Part shown: piece after piece, positions 13,177 through 14,131 of the stretch
Layout of the letters: every line of letters starts with the position of its first letter
Numbering within the stretch: the first letter of the stretch is position 1
DNA from: a virus
Lineage: Duplodnaviria > Heunggongvirae > Uroviricota > Caudoviricetes
DNA: 14,131 nucleotides
Reading direction: 5' to 3' (one strand)
IMG/VR virus record: IMGVR_UViG_3300050011_000047
Location: 1 to 14,131 of that record
Notes under the pieces: generated by a model
What the model saw: only the letters and a program-made list of their open reading frames with translations
Databases searched by the model: none
What the model was told of the DNA's origin: nothing
Made by a program: the position numbers and the translations under genes

Positions 13177-14131
13177 ATGGATGAGCCCACAGACACCCCC
13201 GACGGCGCGGCTCTCATTCGCGACATGCTCACGGGTATCACGCCCGGCCCGGAGGACATCCCATCCGACGAGCCTGAGCCTGAGCCTGAGCCCGAGCCCG
13301 AGCCCGAGCCCGAGCCCCTCGTAGAGAAGGAGCCCGAGGAGCGCGAGCCGATCCTGTGGCACTCGAACGCCCCGTGGGTGGGAAGCGGCTACGGAATGCA
13401 GACGGGCCTGTTCGGCCCGCTCCTACAACGTGACCTCGGCCACCCGGTAGCGTTCTCGGCGTTCTACGGGCTTCGAGGTAAGAAACTAGGGTGGGTCGAT
13501 CCCGCTACCAACCTCCCGTTCGCCGTCTACCCCGCCGGGCGCGACAACCACGGGAACGACGTGCTCGGTGCGCACACTAAGCACTACCTCAACGGGCGCA
13601 AGGGGTTCGTCGTGTTCCTCTCCGACGTGTGGGTGCTTCGTGCCGAACTCGCCGCGCAGTTGCCGATGATCGCGTGGTGCCCGGTCGATCACGAGCCGTG
13701 CATCCCGCAGACGATTCAGTGGTTCAAGAAGTCCGGGGCCTTGCCGGTGGCGATGTCCGAGTTCGGACGTGACATGCTGCTCGCGGGCGGCATCAATCAG
13801 GTGCAGTATGTGCCCCACGGGTTCGACCCCGAAATCTTCAAGCCTGCCGACCGGCAAGAAGCGCGCGCCGTGCTCGGGCTCCCGAAGGACAACTTCATCG
13901 TGGGTATGGTCGCAGCGAACCTCGGGCAGCCATCACGCAAGGCGTTCTCGCAGGCGCTCATGGCGTTCTCGATCTTCAAGAAACGCCACCCGGATTCGAC
14001 GCTCTACCTCCACACAATGATGGAGCACCCGCTCGGGGAAGACCTCCCTGCACTCTGCGACTCGCTCGGGTTCCGCCCCCTCTGCGTCGATCCTTATATG
14101 ATCACCGTCGGCGCTCCCAACTCGATGATTT
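13177..14131 (+). CDS. GT-B fold glycosyltransferase (GT4-like), 3'-truncated by the window edge (not in the ORF track)
   Basis: Open frame from ATG 13177 to the end: ILWHSNAPWVGSGYGMQT, FLSDVW, AWCPVDHEP, AMSEFG, YVPHGFDPEIFKP, FIVGMVAAN...RKAF. Confidence 0.88.
   Translation, partial: MDEPTDTPDGAALIRDMLTGITPGPEDIPSDEPEPEPEPEPEPEPEPLVEKEPEEREPILWHSNAPWVGSGYGMQTGLFGPLLQRDLGHPVAFSAFYGLRGKKLGWVDPATNLPFAVYPAGRDNHGNDVLGAHTKHYLNGRKGFVVFLSDVWVLRAELAAQLPMIAWCPVDHEPCIPQTIQWFKKSGALPVAMSEFGRDMLLAGGINQVQYVPHGFDPEIFKPADRQEARAVLGLPKDNFIVGMVAANLGQPSRKAFSQALMAFSIFKKRHPDSTLYLHTMMEHPLGEDLPALCDSLGFRPLCVDPYMITVGAPNSMI
13270..13317 (+). repeat. Hexamer microsatellite (GAGCCT)3(GAGCCC)5 encoding (EP)8
   Basis: Read directly; in frame with the glycosyltransferase. 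Confidence 0.95.

Overview
A GC-rich fragment of a tailed bacteriophage or prophage. The host is inferred to be an actinobacterium, from leaderless TANNNT promoters and a class E-type sortase. Layout: (1) 1-4425, + strand: end of a collagen-like fibre gene with four perfect 90-bp repeats, several small membrane proteins, two virion-type genes and an amidase endolysin. (2) 4436-5490: a complete phage tmRNA on the - strand (5309->4982) with an unusual 27-codon tag. An HNH endonuclease gene sits between two copies of the tmRNA 3' end, and unexplained structured-RNA candidates lie just upstream of the tmRNA. (3) 5646-7801, - strand: a coupled operon ending in a secreted collagen-like protein (C-terminus ...LAFTK-stop, no transmembrane helix) and an apparently anchor-less sortase. 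It is flanked by a 20-bp imperfect direct repeat. (4) 7871-10682, + strand: small early-type genes (Zn-binding proteins, an HExxH peptidase). (5) 10779-end: scaffold-like protein, major capsid protein, terminator, a degenerate initiator-like tRNA(CAT) and a GT4-like glycosyltransferase running off the window. The strongest candidates for new biology are the transmembrane-less sortase/LAFT substrate pair and the tmRNA-3'-end-replacing HNH cassette. All family assignments come from motif recognition by eye; no searches were run.
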